Assembly (NCBI GenBank): GCA_016840065.1
Contig: JAEOTB010000042.1
Span: 1 to 36,387, forward strand
DNA length: 36,387 nt
Source of the DNA: Candidatus Hermodarchaeota archaeon
Lineage (GTDB): Archaea > Asgardarchaeota > Hermodarchaeia > Hermodarchaeales > Hermodarchaeaceae
Direction: 5' to 3'
Both the position numbers and the translations under genes were made by a program. The notes beneath the pieces were generated by a model that was not told the DNA's origin, did no database searches, and saw only the letters and a list, made by a program, of their open reading frames with translations. Every line of letters begins with the position of its first letter. Position 1 is the first letter of the stretch. Of this stretch, positions 35,876 through 36,387 are shown one piece after another.

Positions 35876-35905
35876 TGCACATCACCTCCGGTGTTGTTTG
35901 TTAGT

Positions 35906-35992
35906 TTATTTTCGTGTGAGGATTAGTCCGTGGGCGAATGCGTTTCGGGCTTGGTGGGGGTTGTGTGTTGGTTTGTTTTGCTTTGAGTTCAT
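35906..35992 (-). CDS. Putative 28-aa basic small protein MNSKQNKPTHNPHQARNAFAHGLILTRK
   Basis: GAGATGA RBS-like site 6 nt before the ATG; TTTATAT TATA-like box near 36057-36063; shares HNP(H)QAR...IL.(T/S)R with the downstream peptide. Confidence 0.4.
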   Translation of the reverse strand: MNSKQNKPTHNPHQARNAFAHGLILTRK

Positions 35993-36387
35993 TTCTATTC
36001 ATCTCGTGTTCTGCGTGTTTGTTCTCACGCTACGAGAATTGTGGTACACACTATGATATAAATGTTCTGGTCTAAGAGAAATAGACACTTATGTATGAGA
36101 TAATACGAATACGTGATGAGGAGATAAGTAATACAGTTGAAAACACACTATAATGTAGGGAGATTATTCAGACTAGCCAGAATAAGTGAACCCGCCCCAT
36201 ACACCTAACCTCATACCCTCTAGTGCAATAGGATCCTCTGGCAAGAACGCGTTAAAACACGTTGTAATCCCTAGAGTATAACCTTGAAAGAGGTAAAAGC
36301 CCGGGGCAGTCCCTCTCCACTACCTCCACCCCGCAGGAGTTTGGTCAGTTGATCGAACTACTAACCTAGAATTCTAATCTACTTGAA

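Noticed and set aside
35784-36056. Plus-strand 90-aa hydrophobic ORF as a membrane toxin
   Set aside because: Its hydrophobicity follows from G/T skew. The promoter, RBS and terminator signals all point to the minus strand.
1-36387. CRISPR array, rRNA or tRNA genes
   Set aside because: No regularly spaced direct repeats or recognisable rRNA/tRNA sequence were seen. The three omegaRNA-end copies are dispersed, not arrayed.

Overview
Archaeal chromosomal segment, very likely from an Asgard lineage such as Thor- or Hermodarchaeota. This is an inference from egsA, an archaeal-type proS, GGTGA ribosome-binding sites, a Sec23/24-like zinc-finger/vWA protein, a longin-like domain and a 24-aa-repeat LRR protein. 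Two intact, equal-length solo TnpB genes with IS607-type right ends (...GGACAACGG) lie near the window edges, and a third orphan copy of the right-end/omegaRNA 3' module lies at 6717-6796. Housekeeping and metabolic genes include tdh, egsA, proS, polX, acyl-CoA dehydrogenase, an OPT transporter, methyltransferases, Fe-S proteins and a TrxR-like flavoprotein. Two candidate undescribed systems stand out. (1) 9666-20435: a longin-Yip1 fusion (start missed by the ORF track), two tandem ~1230-aa type I membrane glycoprotein paralogs sharing a cytoplasmic DYW(L/I)ES tail and an upstream palindromic operator, and a divergently transcribed Sec23/24-like gene, together suggesting a proto-COPII cargo/coat locus. 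(2) 24647-26053: a small ubiquitin-like protein (PPVAGG|C...) followed by two tandem paralogs with a conserved Cys and LPxAD motif, directly upstream of polX, with no E1 or JAMM gene in the window. A minus-strand unit of two related short peptides plus a multi-hairpin RNA lies at ~35600-36065. All family assignments are by motif recognition only; no searches were run.
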